From Acidobacteriota bacterium (GTDB taxonomy: Bacteria; Acidobacteriota; Thermoanaerobaculia; Gp7-AA8): a stretch of DNA of 64,000 nt. Under the pieces are notes generated by a model. It saw only the letters and a program-made list of their open reading frames with translations. It made no database searches and was not told the DNA's origin. This document shows, piece by piece, positions 39,754-49,640 of the stretch (the stretch's first letter is position 1; each line of letters opens with the position of its first letter). The stretch is taken from contig JACPDH010000077.1 in the NCBI GenBank assembly GCA_016184115.1, forward strand, positions 64,103-128,102. The letters are read 5' to 3'. The position numbers and the translations under genes are program-made.

Positions 39754-39949
39754 CGGAGCTCTCCTGACAGTTTGTTAGGTCGGGAGTCTATGGGAGAGAG
39801 GGGCGTAGGTTGTTACGGACCCGTTCCCAAATGGAGCCCGGAGCGTGACACCTTGCCAATTCCCTGTGACGCCCGCGCCCAAACGATGCATGCGACCGTG
39901 ATCACCGTCGTTTCATCGCGACCCCTGCGTCGGTTAGTCTTGTCGCGCA

Positions 39950-40690
39950 ATGGGCGACTACTCGGAGTTCGGACTGAAGATCCGCGCAACGCTTGCGGTT
40001 TACCGATGGCAGCGGATCGACCCGATGCCGTGGGCCGAGCTGGGCAGGCCGGTCGCCGAAGCGAACGTCGCGCTCGTGTCGACCGCGGGGCTAGCGCTGC
40101 CAGGGCAAGCGCTCTTCGATGACGGAGTGAAGGGGGGCGACTTCTCATTTCGCGAGGTTCCGTCGTCGACCGATCCGCAGTGCCTCGTCGAGTCGCACCG
40201 GAGCGACGCATTCTCCCGCGACGGACTCGCGGAAGACCGAAACCTGGTCTTTCCGATCGACAGAATGCACGAACTCGAGCGAGAGGGTGCGATCGGGAGG
40301 TTCAACGCGCGCTGCATCTCGTTCATGGGCTCGATCACGGCGCCGAGGCGGCTGATGCTGGAGACGGCGCCACGTGCCGCGGAGATCCTTGTCGGCGACG
40401 GCGTCGACGTCGCGCTCCTCGTCCCTGTCTGACCGACCTGCAATCAAACGGTCGGTCTGATCGGCGCGGAGATGGAGAAGCGAGGGATCGCGACGGTCGT
40501 TCTGTCGCTCCTCCGCGACGTCACGGAGAAGGTGGGTCCGCCACGTGCCCTATGCGTGCCGTTCCGGCATGGTTACCCGCTCGACGTTCCGTCGAACCCT
40601 GCGAGGCAGCGACGCGTGATCAAGGCGGCGCTCGAACTGCTCATTCGGCCGCGAAGCGAGGCGCCGGTACTCGTCGACTACGTGCCGTAG
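39950..40690 (+). CDS. GrdB/PrdB-family (glycine/D-proline reductase selenoprotein B-like) candidate selenoprotein; in-frame TGA at 40430-40432 read as Sec
   Basis: Two ORFs (39950-40432 and 40472-40690) are in the same frame, separated only by one TGA and 13 sense codons. Read-through gives ...[24 protein letters not shown]..., a U-x-x-C redox motif. A hairpin GACCGACC-N11-GGTCGGTC starts in the TGA. Confidence 0.5.
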
Positions 40691-40837
40691 TGGCCTGTAT
40701 TGAAGGAATTGGTACCACGGTAGCAATTCCTCCGATACAGGCCATTAGTCGTCGCGAACGGCCGCGGCTCCTCCGCGTGACGTCCTTTTGCCACTGGCAG
40801 GAACGACCTCCAACGCTTTTGCTAGAATCGCGCCGCC

Positions 40838-42112
40838 ATGCTGTCACGAGAATATCTGCGCGAATCCACCGATGCCTACCGCGAGGCCCTGAAGAACCGT
40901 CGTGCCAGCGTCGATCTCGATCGTTTCCTCGAGATCGATGCGGAGCGCAGGCGCGTGATCGTCGAGGCCGAGCAGCTCAAGAACCAGAAGAACGTCGCCT
41001 CGCAGGAGATCGCCCTCCTCAAGAGAGAGAAGAAGGACGCCGCGGCCGAGATCGATGCGATGAGGCAACTCGGCGAGAGGATCAAGGATCTCGACGTTCG
41101 TCAGGCCGAAATCGAGCAGGAGCTTCACGACCTCGAAATGATCTTCCCGAACGCCCCTCATGCGTCGGTCCCCGTCGGGCCCGACGAGAGTGCGAACAGG
41201 GTTGAGCGCGTCTGGGGCGCACCACCTTCATTCGAGTTCGAACCGAAGAACCACTGGGACATCGGCGAAGCTCTCGGCATCCTCGACTTCGAGCGTGCCG
41301 CGAAGATCACGGGCGCACGCTTTGCGGTGATGATCGGTGCGGCCGCGCGCCTCGAGCGCGCGCTGATCAACTTCATGCTCGATGTCCACACGCGCGAGCA
41401 TGGATACGTCGAGGTGCTTCCGCCATTCATGGTCAACGCCGACTCGCTGCGCGGAACGACGCAGCTGCCGAAGTTCGAAGCGGATCTCTTCAAGCTTCAG
41501 GGCGAGAAAGAGTATTACCTCATCCCGACCGCCGAGGTGCCGGTGACGAACCTGCACCGTGACGAGATCCTCGATGGCGACAGGCTGACGATCTCGTACT
41601 GCGCCTACACACCCTGCTTTCGCAGTGAGGCGGGCTCGTACGGAAAGGACACACGCGGTCTGATCCGCCAGCATCAGTTCGACAAGGTCGAGCTCGTCAA
41701 ATTCTCGCGCCCTGACACTTCGTGGGCCGACCTCGAGACGCTCACCGCGAATGCGGCGACGATCCTCGAGAAGCTCGGGTTGTGCCACCGCGTCGTCACG
41801 CTCTCGACCGGCGACATGGGGTTTGGCTCGGCAAAGACCTACGACATCGAAGTCTGGCTCCCCGGCCAGGCGACGTTCCGCGAGATTTCGTCATGCACGA
41901 ATTTCCTCGACTTCCAGGCGCGGCGCGCGAACATCCGCTTCCGCGGCGACGGGAAAAAGACCGAGCTCGTACACACTCTGAATGGATCGGGTCTCGCGGT
42001 CGGGCGAACGCTCGTTGCGGTCCTCGAGAATTACCAGCAGGCCGATGGCTCGGTCGTCGTCCCTAACGCACTGCGTCCCTACATGGGCGGAATCGAACGG
42101 ATCTCAAAGTGA
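40838..42112 (+). CDS. serS: Seryl-tRNA synthetase
   Basis: N-terminal coiled-coil, class II motifs, ...[21 protein letters not shown]... Confidence 0.9.
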   Translation: MLSREYLRESTDAYREALKNRRASVDLDRFLEIDAERRRVIVEAEQLKNQKNVASQEIALLKREKKDAAAEIDAMRQLGERIKDLDVRQAEIEQELHDLEMIFPNAPHASVPVGPDESANRVERVWGAPPSFEFEPKNHWDIGEALGILDFERAAKITGARFAVMIGAAARLERALINFMLDVHTREHGYVEVLPPFMVNADSLRGTTQLPKFEADLFKLQGEKEYYLIPTAEVPVTNLHRDEILDGDRLTISYCAYTPCFRSEAGSYGKDTRGLIRQHQFDKVELVKFSRPDTSWADLETLTANAATILEKLGLCHRVVTLSTGDMGFGSAKTYDIEVWLPGQATFREISSCTNFLDFQARRANIRFRGDGKKTELVHTLNGSGLAVGRTLVAVLENYQQADGSVVVPNALRPYMGGIERISK

Positions 42113-42140
42113 CGCGCTTCGAGCTCCATGCGAGGCGCCG

Positions 42141-42872
42141 ATGAGACCAGTCATCGGCATCGGCTGCGACGTCGAGCCTTCACCGCATGGCGAAGGGCGT
42201 GAGTTGATGTACGTCTACGGCACCTACCTCGAGGCGATCGAGATGGCGGGAGCGATCCCGCTCCTCCTTCCGCCGATCGAAGAGGTGCTGGAGCGGACGC
42301 TTCCGCTGCTCGACGGGGTGATACTCGCCGGTGGTGATGACCTCGATCCAGCGAGCTACGGTGAGGCGAACGCGGCGTGCCGCGAGCTACTCGATGGCCG
42401 CCGCCAGCGCCATGACCTGGCCCTTGCGCGGCTGACGCGCGAGCAGAGGATTCCTACGCTCGGGATCTGCCTAGGCGCCCAGCTGATCAACGTCGCCGCA
42501 GCGGGCTCGCTCGTGCAGGACATCGGCTCCACGCTTCCCGAGTCGATTCAGCACACAGGCCGGACGGGGACGCGAGGGCGCCATCGCGTCTCGATCGAAC
42601 AGCGCTCCCGGCTTGCAGCGGTTCTCGGCGCGATCGAGGTCGACGTGAACTCAGGGCATCACCAGGCGGTGAAGGATCCCGGTCGCGGGCTCTCGATCGT
42701 TGCGCGTTCCGGCGATGGGGTCGTCGAGGCAATCGAAGACGCATCGCATCCGTTCTATGTTGGCGTGCAGTGGCACCCCGAAGAGATGCTCGCGGAGGAG
42801 TCCGCGCAGCGTCTGTTTCACGCGTTCGTCGAAGCGGCAAGGACGTGCGGGCGGCTGCGGCGCAAGTCGTGA
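42141..42872 (+). CDS. Class I glutamine amidotransferase-like / gamma-glutamyl-GABA hydrolase family (peptidase C26)
   Basis: GICLGAQLINVA (Cys nucleophile), HQ, and WHPE motifs. Confidence 0.7.
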   Translation: MRPVIGIGCDVEPSPHGEGRELMYVYGTYLEAIEMAGAIPLLLPPIEEVLERTLPLLDGVILAGGDDLDPASYGEANAACRELLDGRRQRHDLALARLTREQRIPTLGICLGAQLINVAAAGSLVQDIGSTLPESIQHTGRTGTRGRHRVSIEQRSRLAAVLGAIEVDVNSGHHQAVKDPGRGLSIVARSGDGVVEAIEDASHPFYVGVQWHPEEMLAEESAQRLFHAFVEAARTCGRLRRKS

Positions 42873-42942
42873 CGGCTCCGCCACTCCTGCGCGGAATAGC
42901 CCTTGGAAGCGACTCGTTGCGGCGAGTTTGACGGAGGCTCGA

Positions 42943-43782
42943 TTGAAGCGGATTTCAGGACTCGCCGCGCTCGTCGTGGCGATGACGCTCGCACCGCAGG
43001 TTGCGGCTGCCGGTACATGGCACAAGACGGTCGCCAAGGCGCAAGCCGAGGCGAAGCAGGGCAATAAGCTGATCGTCGTCGACCTCTGGGCCGACTGGTG
43101 TGGCTGGTGCAAGCGCATGGATCAGGAAGTGTTCCCGTCCGAGACCTTCCAGGCCGCCGCCAAGAACTGGAGCCTTCTGAAGCTCGACACCGAGGATGGC
43201 GCCGAAGGATCGAAAGTGGCCGCGCAGTTCGGAATTCGCAGCCTTCCGACGCTTCTCGTCCTCACGCACGATCTCACGCTTGCAGGAGTCGTCCAGGGAT
43301 ACGCGCCACCGGAGCAGTTCGTCGCCCGAGTCGAAGCGGTGGAAGATAGCTTCCTTACGTTCCAGAAGAAAGTCCACGCCGAGCCGAAGAATGCAAGCGC
43401 GAGAGCAAAACTGACGCTGACCGACGAGATGGTCGACCGGCACGATTACGTGCGAGCCGAACCGCGTCTCGTTGCGCTGACAAAGAGCAGCGACGCTGCC
43501 GTACGCGACGAGGCCTACAACATGCTTGCCGGGATCTACGTCGTGCAGCAGCAGTTCGCGAAGGCCGAGACGACGCTCAAGCAGGCGCTCGCGGTGACCT
43601 CCACCGGAGAGATCGCCGAGCGCAACCAGATGAACCTCGCGAATGTCTACATGGGGATGCGAAACTACCCTGCGGCGGTCGCCGAGCTGAAGAAGTTCAG
43701 GACCCGCTATCCGAAATCCGAAATGATCCCGAGCGTCGACGCGATCATCACGCAGCTCGAGAAACAGATTCCTGCCCGATAG
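42943..43782 (+). CDS. Secreted thioredoxin-like (CxxC) protein with C-terminal TPR repeats
   Basis: Signal peptide. DLWADWCGWCK thioredoxin active site. TPR-like C-terminus. TTG start with RBS GGAGG. Confidence 0.6.
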   Translation: MKRISGLAALVVAMTLAPQVAAAGTWHKTVAKAQAEAKQGNKLIVVDLWADWCGWCKRMDQEVFPSETFQAAAKNWSLLKLDTEDGAEGSKVAAQFGIRSLPTLLVLTHDLTLAGVVQGYAPPEQFVARVEAVEDSFLTFQKKVHAEPKNASARAKLTLTDEMVDRHDYVRAEPRLVALTKSSDAAVRDEAYNMLAGIYVVQQQFAKAETTLKQALAVTSTGEIAERNQMNLANVYMGMRNYPAAVAELKKFRTRYPKSEMIPSVDAIITQLEKQIPAR

Positions 43783-43797
43783 GCGGCCCCGAAATCC

Positions 43798-45573
43798 ATG
43801 ACATCCCCCTCGCGCCTTCCCCTGCAGGCCGCGGCGCTTCTGATCGCGGCAACCTCGCTTCACTCACAACTCAGTCCCGCTGGATTCGGCGGTGATTCCG
43901 CGACTCCAGTCGTCGAAATCGACGCGAAGTTCCTGAAGCCCGTGGCTGGCCGGATCGACGGCGTCGTCACGGTCACGATCCCCGAGACGTGGCACGTCAA
44001 CTCCTACAAGCCGAAGGACGAGTTTGCGATCCCGACGAAGGTAAGGGTCGAATCGCCCGCGTTTGCGATCGACGCGATCGACTATCCCCCGCACGTCGAG
44101 CGGGCGTTTGGTTTTGCCGGCGGTCAGATGCTTGCGGTGTACGAGGGGACGGTACGGATTCCCGTTCACGGAAGCGCGAGCGCGGCCGACGGCGACGTGA
44201 CGGTCGGCGTCTACTACCAGGCCTGCAACGACACGATCTGCCTTCCGCCGAGAGAAGTGATGAAGGCATTCACGTTGTCTGCGATCACCGTCGATTCGCT
44301 CGGCGAGGCGGCTCCGGCCGGAGGCGCATTCCAGAAGCTCTCGGACGCGCCGGGGGGCAGCTCGCAGGGGCTCTTCAGCGGCGACATCGGCTCGACGTTT
44401 CAGTCGCGTGGGCTCGCGACGACGCTGCTCGTCGTCTTTGTCCTCGGTATGGCGCTCACGCTGACTCCGTGCGTCTATCCTCTCATCCCGCTGACGATGG
44501 CCTTCTTCTCGTCGCAGACGGGAGGGAGCACGGCACGTCGTTTCGGCTTGTCATCGACGTACGTTCTGGGAATTGCGATTACCTACTCGACGCTCGGAGT
44601 TTTTGCGGCGATGAGCGGAGCGCTCTTTGGTGCGTGGATGCAGAAGCCGGTCGTTCTCGGCTTCTTTGCGCTCTTGATGCTGTTGCTCGCGCTCTCGATG
44701 TTCGGCCTTTACGACATCAACGTGCCGCAGTTCATCGCGAGCCGTGCGAGCGCAAGGGCCGGGTTCATCGGATCGCTCACGATGGGACTGCTTGCCGGCA
44801 TCGTCGCGGCACCCTGTGTCGGCCCATTCGTCGTCTCTCTGATCGCACTCGTGTCGCAGAGCGGCAACCCATACCTCGGGTTCCTGCTCTTTTTTGTCCT
44901 GGCGTTAGGTCTGGGAGTTCCCTTCCTCGCGCTCGGCATCTTCTCGAGCGGTGCGAGCTCGCTCCCGCGCTCCGGCCCCTGGCTCGTGAAGATCAAGCAG
45001 GCGCTCGGCTTCGTCCTGATTGCGATGGCGTTCTACTTCCTCCGGCCCGTGACCGGCGACGAAGTCTATCGCTGGGGCGTGGCAGCGAGTCTCGTGCTCG
45101 GTGCGCTATTCCTTTTCGTCCGGAGCGAGCGGACCAAAGCTGGCAACGTGATCCGACTCGTCTGCGGGCTCCTTCTGCTGGCCGGTGCCGTGCCGTTCGT
45201 GATGCCGAAGTCGGGTGGTCCCGAGATCCAGTGGGCGCGTTACGACGACGCTGCGATCGCCGCGGCCGCGCGCGAAGGAACGCCTGTCATCATCGATTTC
45301 TACGCAGATTGGTGCCTCCCTTGCAAGGAGCTCGACCACAACACCTTCAACCAGTCAGGTGTCGTTGCCGAGTCGAAGCGTTTCGCGACATTCAAGGCCG
45401 ACCTCACGCGAGGAGACGACGAGCGATCGAAGGAGCTCGTGAAGCGCTACGGAATCGTGGGCGTCCCGACGATCGTCTTCATCGACGCAACGGGGACTGA
45501 GCTTCGCGAGCTTCGCCTCGCGGGATTCGAAAAGCCCGAGCAGTTCCTCGCCAGAATGAAGAAGGCGAAGTAG
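43798..45573 (+). CDS. dsbD: Thiol:disulfide interchange protein DsbD (alpha domain + CcdA-like TM core + C-terminal thioredoxin)
   Basis: TM core with LTPCVYPLIPL and AAPCVGPF. C-terminal Trx WCLPCKELD. Confidence 0.8.
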   Translation: MTSPSRLPLQAAALLIAATSLHSQLSPAGFGGDSATPVVEIDAKFLKPVAGRIDGVVTVTIPETWHVNSYKPKDEFAIPTKVRVESPAFAIDAIDYPPHVERAFGFAGGQMLAVYEGTVRIPVHGSASAADGDVTVGVYYQACNDTICLPPREVMKAFTLSAITVDSLGEAAPAGGAFQKLSDAPGGSSQGLFSGDIGSTFQSRGLATTLLVVFVLGMALTLTPCVYPLIPLTMAFFSSQTGGSTARRFGLSSTYVLGIAITYSTLGVFAAMSGALFGAWMQKPVVLGFFALLMLLLALSMFGLYDINVPQFIASRASARAGFIGSLTMGLLAGIVAAPCVGPFVVSLIALVSQSGNPYLGFLLFFVLALGLGVPFLALGIFSSGASSLPRSGPWLVKIKQALGFVLIAMAFYFLRPVTGDEVYRWGVAASLVLGALFLFVRSERTKAGNVIRLVCGLLLLAGAVPFVMPKSGGPEIQWARYDDAAIAAAAREGTPVIIDFYADWCLPCKELDHNTFNQSGVVAESKRFATFKADLTRGDDERSKELVKRYGIVGVPTIVFIDATGTELRELRLAGFEKPEQFLARMKKAK

Positions 45574-45576
45574 AGA

Positions 45577-45758
45577 CATTTCGGATTTCGAATTTCGGAT
45601 TTCGAATTTGCTTCGCAAGGCTGCGATCGCCACGCTCCCTTCAGGGTGAACTTCGGCGTGGGCCGGGAGATCCGAAGTTGCTTCTGCGTGGCCACCCCAG
45701 CCTTGCGAGGCAAATCCGAAATCCGAAATTCGAATTTCGAAATCCCAAATCCGAAATG
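45577..45758. repeat. Heptamer-tandem-repeat palindromic element A (ATTTCGG/ATTTCGA units; palindromic GC-rich core)
   Basis: Left arm CATTTCGGATTTCGAATTTCGGATTTCGAATTTGC, right arm GCAAATCCGAAATCCGAAATTCGAATTTCGAAATCCCAAATCCGAAATG. Core contains CGCAAGGCTG...CAGCCTTGCG. Starts 4 nt after the dsbD stop and ends 6 nt before the yhbY stop. Confidence 0.8.
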
Positions 45759-45763
45759 CCTTC

Positions 45764-46054
45764 CTACTCCGGCACTTTGATCGTCGGATCTTCGGCTCGA
45801 CGCCGGTAGAGGATCGCGACCTTGCCGACGAGGCCGACGACTTCGGCGGTGGTCTGCTCGGCGAGCATTCCTGCAAGTTGCTTGCGTTCGTCACCTTCGG
45901 CGTCGATCTTCACTTTGATCAGTTCGTGTGATTCGAGGGCGCGTCCCGTCTCGGTAGAGACGCCCGTTGTGAGCCCGTGCTGGCCGATTCGGACGATCGG
46001 GTCGAGGTGGTGAGCAAGAGCCTTCAGGTACTTTCTCTGGCGTGGTGTCAGCAT
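45764..46054 (-). CDS. yhbY: Ribosome assembly RNA-binding protein YhbY (CRM domain)
   Basis: MLTPRQRKYLKALAHHLDPIVRIGQHGLT. Confidence 0.75.
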   Translation of the reverse strand: MLTPRQRKYLKALAHHLDPIVRIGQHGLTTGVSTETGRALESHELIKVKIDAEGDERKQLAGMLAEQTTAEVVGLVGKVAILYRRRAEDPTIKVPE

Positions 46055-46170
46055 CGATGGCCTCGGGGAAGGGAATGCGCGTCGCCGCGGCGTCATTGTA
46101 GCGGAGTCGGTCGGCTCGAACGCCGCTCATTTGACTGACTCGGAGGGCATGCGCTAGAGTTTGCCGCCCT

Positions 46171-46896
46171 TTGGAGGAGAGTATGGATCGCCAGGAACGC
46201 CACGACATCAAGCACGACAAATTCGTCGACGAGGTCGGTCACTACTACGACGAAGTCCGGAAGAACTCGCAGCGCGTTGTCATCGGAGTCGTCGGATTGC
46301 TCGTCATCATCGGAATCGGAATCGCGATCTGGGGATGGAACGCGCGGCAGGAGAAGGCAGCGCAGTCGCTCCTGGCCGGCGCGATCGAGACGTTCGAGGC
46401 ACCGGTTGGTATCGACGCCGTCGCCGATCCGAACCGTAAGGGTCCGGCCTTCGCGACCGAAGCGGAACGAGTGAAGGCGGCGGAAGCGAAACTCAACGAC
46501 GTCGCCTCGAAGTACTCGGGCAGCGATGCCGCACAGGTGGCGGGTCTCTATCTCGCGCAGATCGACATCTCGAAAGGGCAAACTGACGCTGCCATCAAAC
46601 GCTACGAGGAGTTCGTCAAGAAGAACTCCGGCAGCCTTCTAGCGGGTGGCGCGCAGATGAGTGTCTATCAGCTCAAGATGGCGACCGACGCGAAGATCGT
46701 CATTCCGGAGCTCGAGAAGGCCTCACAGGACGAGAAGTCGCCGCTGCCGAAAGAATCGGTCCTTTCCCTCCTCGCCGAGGCCTATGAGAAGAGTGGAGAC
46801 AAGGCGAAAGCGATGGACGTGTATCGCCGGATTGCGACCGAGTTTCCGCAGACGTCATATGCCGCCGACGCGCAGCAGAAGATCAACCGCGGCTGA
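46171..46896 (+). CDS. YfgM-like single-pass membrane TPR-type protein
   Basis: Cytoplasmic N-terminus, TM VVIGVVGLLVIIGIGIAIWGW, helical periplasmic repeat domain. Confidence 0.45.
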   Translation: MEESMDRQERHDIKHDKFVDEVGHYYDEVRKNSQRVVIGVVGLLVIIGIGIAIWGWNARQEKAAQSLLAGAIETFEAPVGIDAVADPNRKGPAFATEAERVKAAEAKLNDVASKYSGSDAAQVAGLYLAQIDISKGQTDAAIKRYEEFVKKNSGSLLAGGAQMSVYQLKMATDAKIVIPELEKASQDEKSPLPKESVLSLLAEAYEKSGDKAKAMDVYRRIATEFPQTSYAADAQQKINRG

Positions 46897-47159
46897 CGCG
46901 CCGACCTCTTGCAACGTATCCCGAAGCGCGGCCAAACGGCCGCGCTTCGTGCTTGATGGCGCCGCGCTGTCCCTTTAGGTTCGATCGTTCGGACACCGAT
47001 CGCGGGAAACGACGAGCCCGCCACCGGCCACCGGCCGGCGCGCCCGGGCGACATCGTGCGATCCACCGTCGTGATCGTTGACCGCGGCGTGTTTCCCGAT
47101 AAGCTGGCCTGAAGCCATACGCATTACGGAGGCTTCTCATCATCTACGTCGCGGGTCTC

Positions 47160-48350
47160 GTGCTCCTCTTCTGGTTCGTAATGTCGATCCAGACGCTCGT
47201 CAACCTCGTGACGATGCCTCGCCTTCGCGGAGCCGTTCATCCATCTGCAGGCGAGCCGCTCGTCTCGATTGTGATTCCGGCGCGCAACGAGGAAGCGCAT
47301 GTCGGCGCGACGGTCGAGTCAATGTTGGCGCAAAGCTGGACGAGGCTCGAGGTGATCGTCGTCGACGATCTGTCGACGGACGGCACCGCGGAAGTCGTTC
47401 GTGCGCTTGCCAAGCGCGATCCGCGCGTTCGACTCGTGGAGGGTGCGCCGCATCCCGAAGGGTGGCTCGGGAAGCCGTGGGCGCTCGAGCAGGGAGGGGA
47501 AGCTGCCCGCGGCGAGCTGATCATCTTCGTCGACGCCGACGTGCGCTACGCCGCGGGGACAATCGAAGCTGTGGTCGCGGAGATGCGCGCGCATCCTGAA
47601 ACCTCGATGCTCGCGCTCTTCCCTCGCTTCGAGATGTTCGGGTTCTGGGAGAACGTCCTGATGCCGGCGCTGCCGAGCGGGCTCTTCATGGGGATCCCGG
47701 TCTGGCTCTCGAACAGGACGACGCTGCCGCTGCTCGGCGTCGGTGGCGGGCCAGGAAACGTCGTCCGGCGTGAAACCTACGAGACGATTGGGAGGCACAC
47801 GAGGTTGCGCGACGCCGTGATCGATGACATCGGGCTTGCGCGGATCGTCAGGGCATTCGGTTTCCGCTCGCGATCGGTCAATGCTGACGGCTTGATTCGA
47901 ATCCGGATGTATCGAGGACTGCGCCAGATCGTCGACGGTTTCACGAAGAACTCCTTCATGGTATTCGCGGGCTCCTTGCCGAAGGCGTTCGCTGTGAGCG
48001 TGATCATTCCGATCACGCATCTCCTGCCGTGGGTATGGGGAGGGATTGTCATCTCCTCGGTGGTGGCGGGCCATCCGCCGCGCGGCTCGGCGGTCCTCGG
48101 TGGAACGGCTCTCGTGCTCCTGCTCCTCACGCGGCACGCGCTCTTCGGGGTGCTCGGTTTCAGCCGCCTCGCGGCACTCGGTGGGCAACCGCTCGAGGTA
48201 ATCGTCTGGCTCTGGATCTTCGCCCGCTCGACCTGGAAGGTCGGCGTGATGGGACGGCTCCACTGGCGGGGCCGCGACTACCCGGCGCGAGTCACGGCAT
48301 TCGGAAACTTCGATGGCGTCGTAAAGCGGGTCAGCGATCGAAGTGGGTAG
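47160..48350 (+). CDS. Membrane-associated GT2 family glycosyltransferase
   Basis: VSIVIPARNEEAHV...VVDDLSTDGT...IFVDADV (DxD). C-terminal TM segments. Confidence 0.65.
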   Translation: MLLFWFVMSIQTLVNLVTMPRLRGAVHPSAGEPLVSIVIPARNEEAHVGATVESMLAQSWTRLEVIVVDDLSTDGTAEVVRALAKRDPRVRLVEGAPHPEGWLGKPWALEQGGEAARGELIIFVDADVRYAAGTIEAVVAEMRAHPETSMLALFPRFEMFGFWENVLMPALPSGLFMGIPVWLSNRTTLPLLGVGGGPGNVVRRETYETIGRHTRLRDAVIDDIGLARIVRAFGFRSRSVNADGLIRIRMYRGLRQIVDGFTKNSFMVFAGSLPKAFAVSVIIPITHLLPWVWGGIVISSVVAGHPPRGSAVLGGTALVLLLLTRHALFGVLGFSRLAALGGQPLEVIVWLWIFARSTWKVGVMGRLHWRGRDYPARVTAFGNFDGVVKRVSDRSG

Positions 48351-48573
48351 GTCCGTCAAACGAGACGGGGGGCCGGCGCGCCGCCCGCCGAGGCTGCTCC
48401 TCCCGCCCCGAACGAAACTGTGCGGTCGCGTTTTGGGTGCGTCGCGACATCTAAGTCGTGCCATTACAACGAATTAGAAGGCGCGCCGCGCCGCGGGTGC
48501 TCGCAGAAAGTGACAGCGTGAAATATGTTGCGTGCGGCGAGGTTAGAGTAGCCGCGAGCTCTCCGCTCTCCCT

Positions 48574-49341
48574 ATGACAAGACCGATCGAGCGCCATCAG
48601 CAGTTGATCGAGGAAATCCTCGCGAAGTACGACCTCAGCCACGACTTCGGCAGGAAGATGGCGTACGAGGCGGCGATTGAGCACGCCCGCGAGCACCTGA
48701 CCGAGGATCCGCACTGCAACGACTTCCTTCGCGCGGTCGCGAACCGTCTCGGATTCCAGCCGGTCGTCTTCGACACGATCGAGAGCCGCGTGAAGCTCCG
48801 CAAGGGAGCATGGGTCGATGCGTGGATCTCCGATGAGGATGATGAAGTCGCGATCACGGCCACGCGCGAAGGGTTGCAGTACGTCATCGACGTGCTGACG
48901 CAGCTTCGCAACTCGACCGAGGAAGGCGAGCACGTCCATCTCGATCGCGGCATCGCGCCGATGACCGATAACTCCGCACATCTCGTCTTCTTCAAAGAGG
49001 AAGAGACATGGTTCACGGGAGCGCCGGAGGAGCAGGAACCGTACCCGCCGCGCGACATCGAGCCGGAGCAGGTCTTCGCATTCCAGACACTGCAATATCC
49101 TCCCGAAGGTCTCGCGGTGACGCCTTACAAGCTCTACCGCGTGACGGGATTCGAAGCCGCGCCCGAAGACGACCCTAACGTGAAGGATTTTCCCGAGGGA
49201 GATCCGAAGCGCTTCTATCTCTTCCGATTCCGGAACGACGGCGGCCAGCTCGTCACGTACGGCTTCCATCTCGACGACCCTGGGATGAACTTCTTCACGC
49301 ACAAGGAAGTCATGTCGCTCGTGATGGGGGTGGAAGAGTAA
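48574..49341 (+). CDS. Hypothetical acidic protein, no recognised domain
   Basis: 255 aa. Coding-like GC3. Followed immediately by repeat element B. Confidence 0.4.
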   Translation: MTRPIERHQQLIEEILAKYDLSHDFGRKMAYEAAIEHAREHLTEDPHCNDFLRAVANRLGFQPVVFDTIESRVKLRKGAWVDAWISDEDDEVAITATREGLQYVIDVLTQLRNSTEEGEHVHLDRGIAPMTDNSAHLVFFKEEETWFTGAPEEQEPYPPRDIEPEQVFAFQTLQYPPEGLAVTPYKLYRVTGFEAAPEDDPNVKDFPEGDPKRFYLFRFRNDGGQLVTYGFHLDDPGMNFFTHKEVMSLVMGVEE

Positions 49342-49575
49342 CGCGGAAGGCGAAACGCGGAAGGCGAAACGCGAAACTGATAGCCCGCGCAAACCACTAG
49401 CCTTCGTATCTCCACATCTGCGACCGATCAAGAACGCTCTCCCTTTCCGTAGCTACTTTCGCTCCCGGCGATTCTGCTTCACGATTTCGCATTCTGCGTT
49501 CCGGGTTTGGCGCTCCGCGTTTCGCAATTCGCGTTTCGCAATTCGCCTTTCGCATTCCGCACTCCGCCTTCCCTT
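49342..49575. repeat. Heptamer-tandem-repeat palindromic element B (GCGAAAC/GCGGAAG units)
   Basis: Left arm CGCGGAAGGCGAAACGCGGAAGGCGAAACGCGAAACT begins 1 nt after the stop. Right arm ...TTTCGCAATTCGCGTTTCGCAATTCGCCTTTCGCATTCCGC... is its imperfect inverted counterpart. Confidence 0.8.
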
Positions 49576-49613
49576 TTCCGCCCGTGTGATCCCCATCATT
49601 GCGACCTCCGAGG

Positions 49614-49640
49614 GGGCGGGATACGCTCCGCCCGGTTTTT
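49614..49640 (+). terminator. Candidate intrinsic terminator/attenuator directly upstream of the RBS of the PLP-enzyme gene
   Basis: GGGCGG-gatacgct-CCGCCC followed by GGTTTTT, then the RBS GAGGAGG and the ATG at 49656. Confidence 0.4.

Noticed and set aside
40691-40837. T-box riboswitch leader for serS
   Set aside because: The loop contains a TGGTACCACGG stretch resembling the T-box core. However, there is no stem I or specifier loop, only about 150 nt of leader, and the motif lies in the apical loop of a simple symmetric hairpin.
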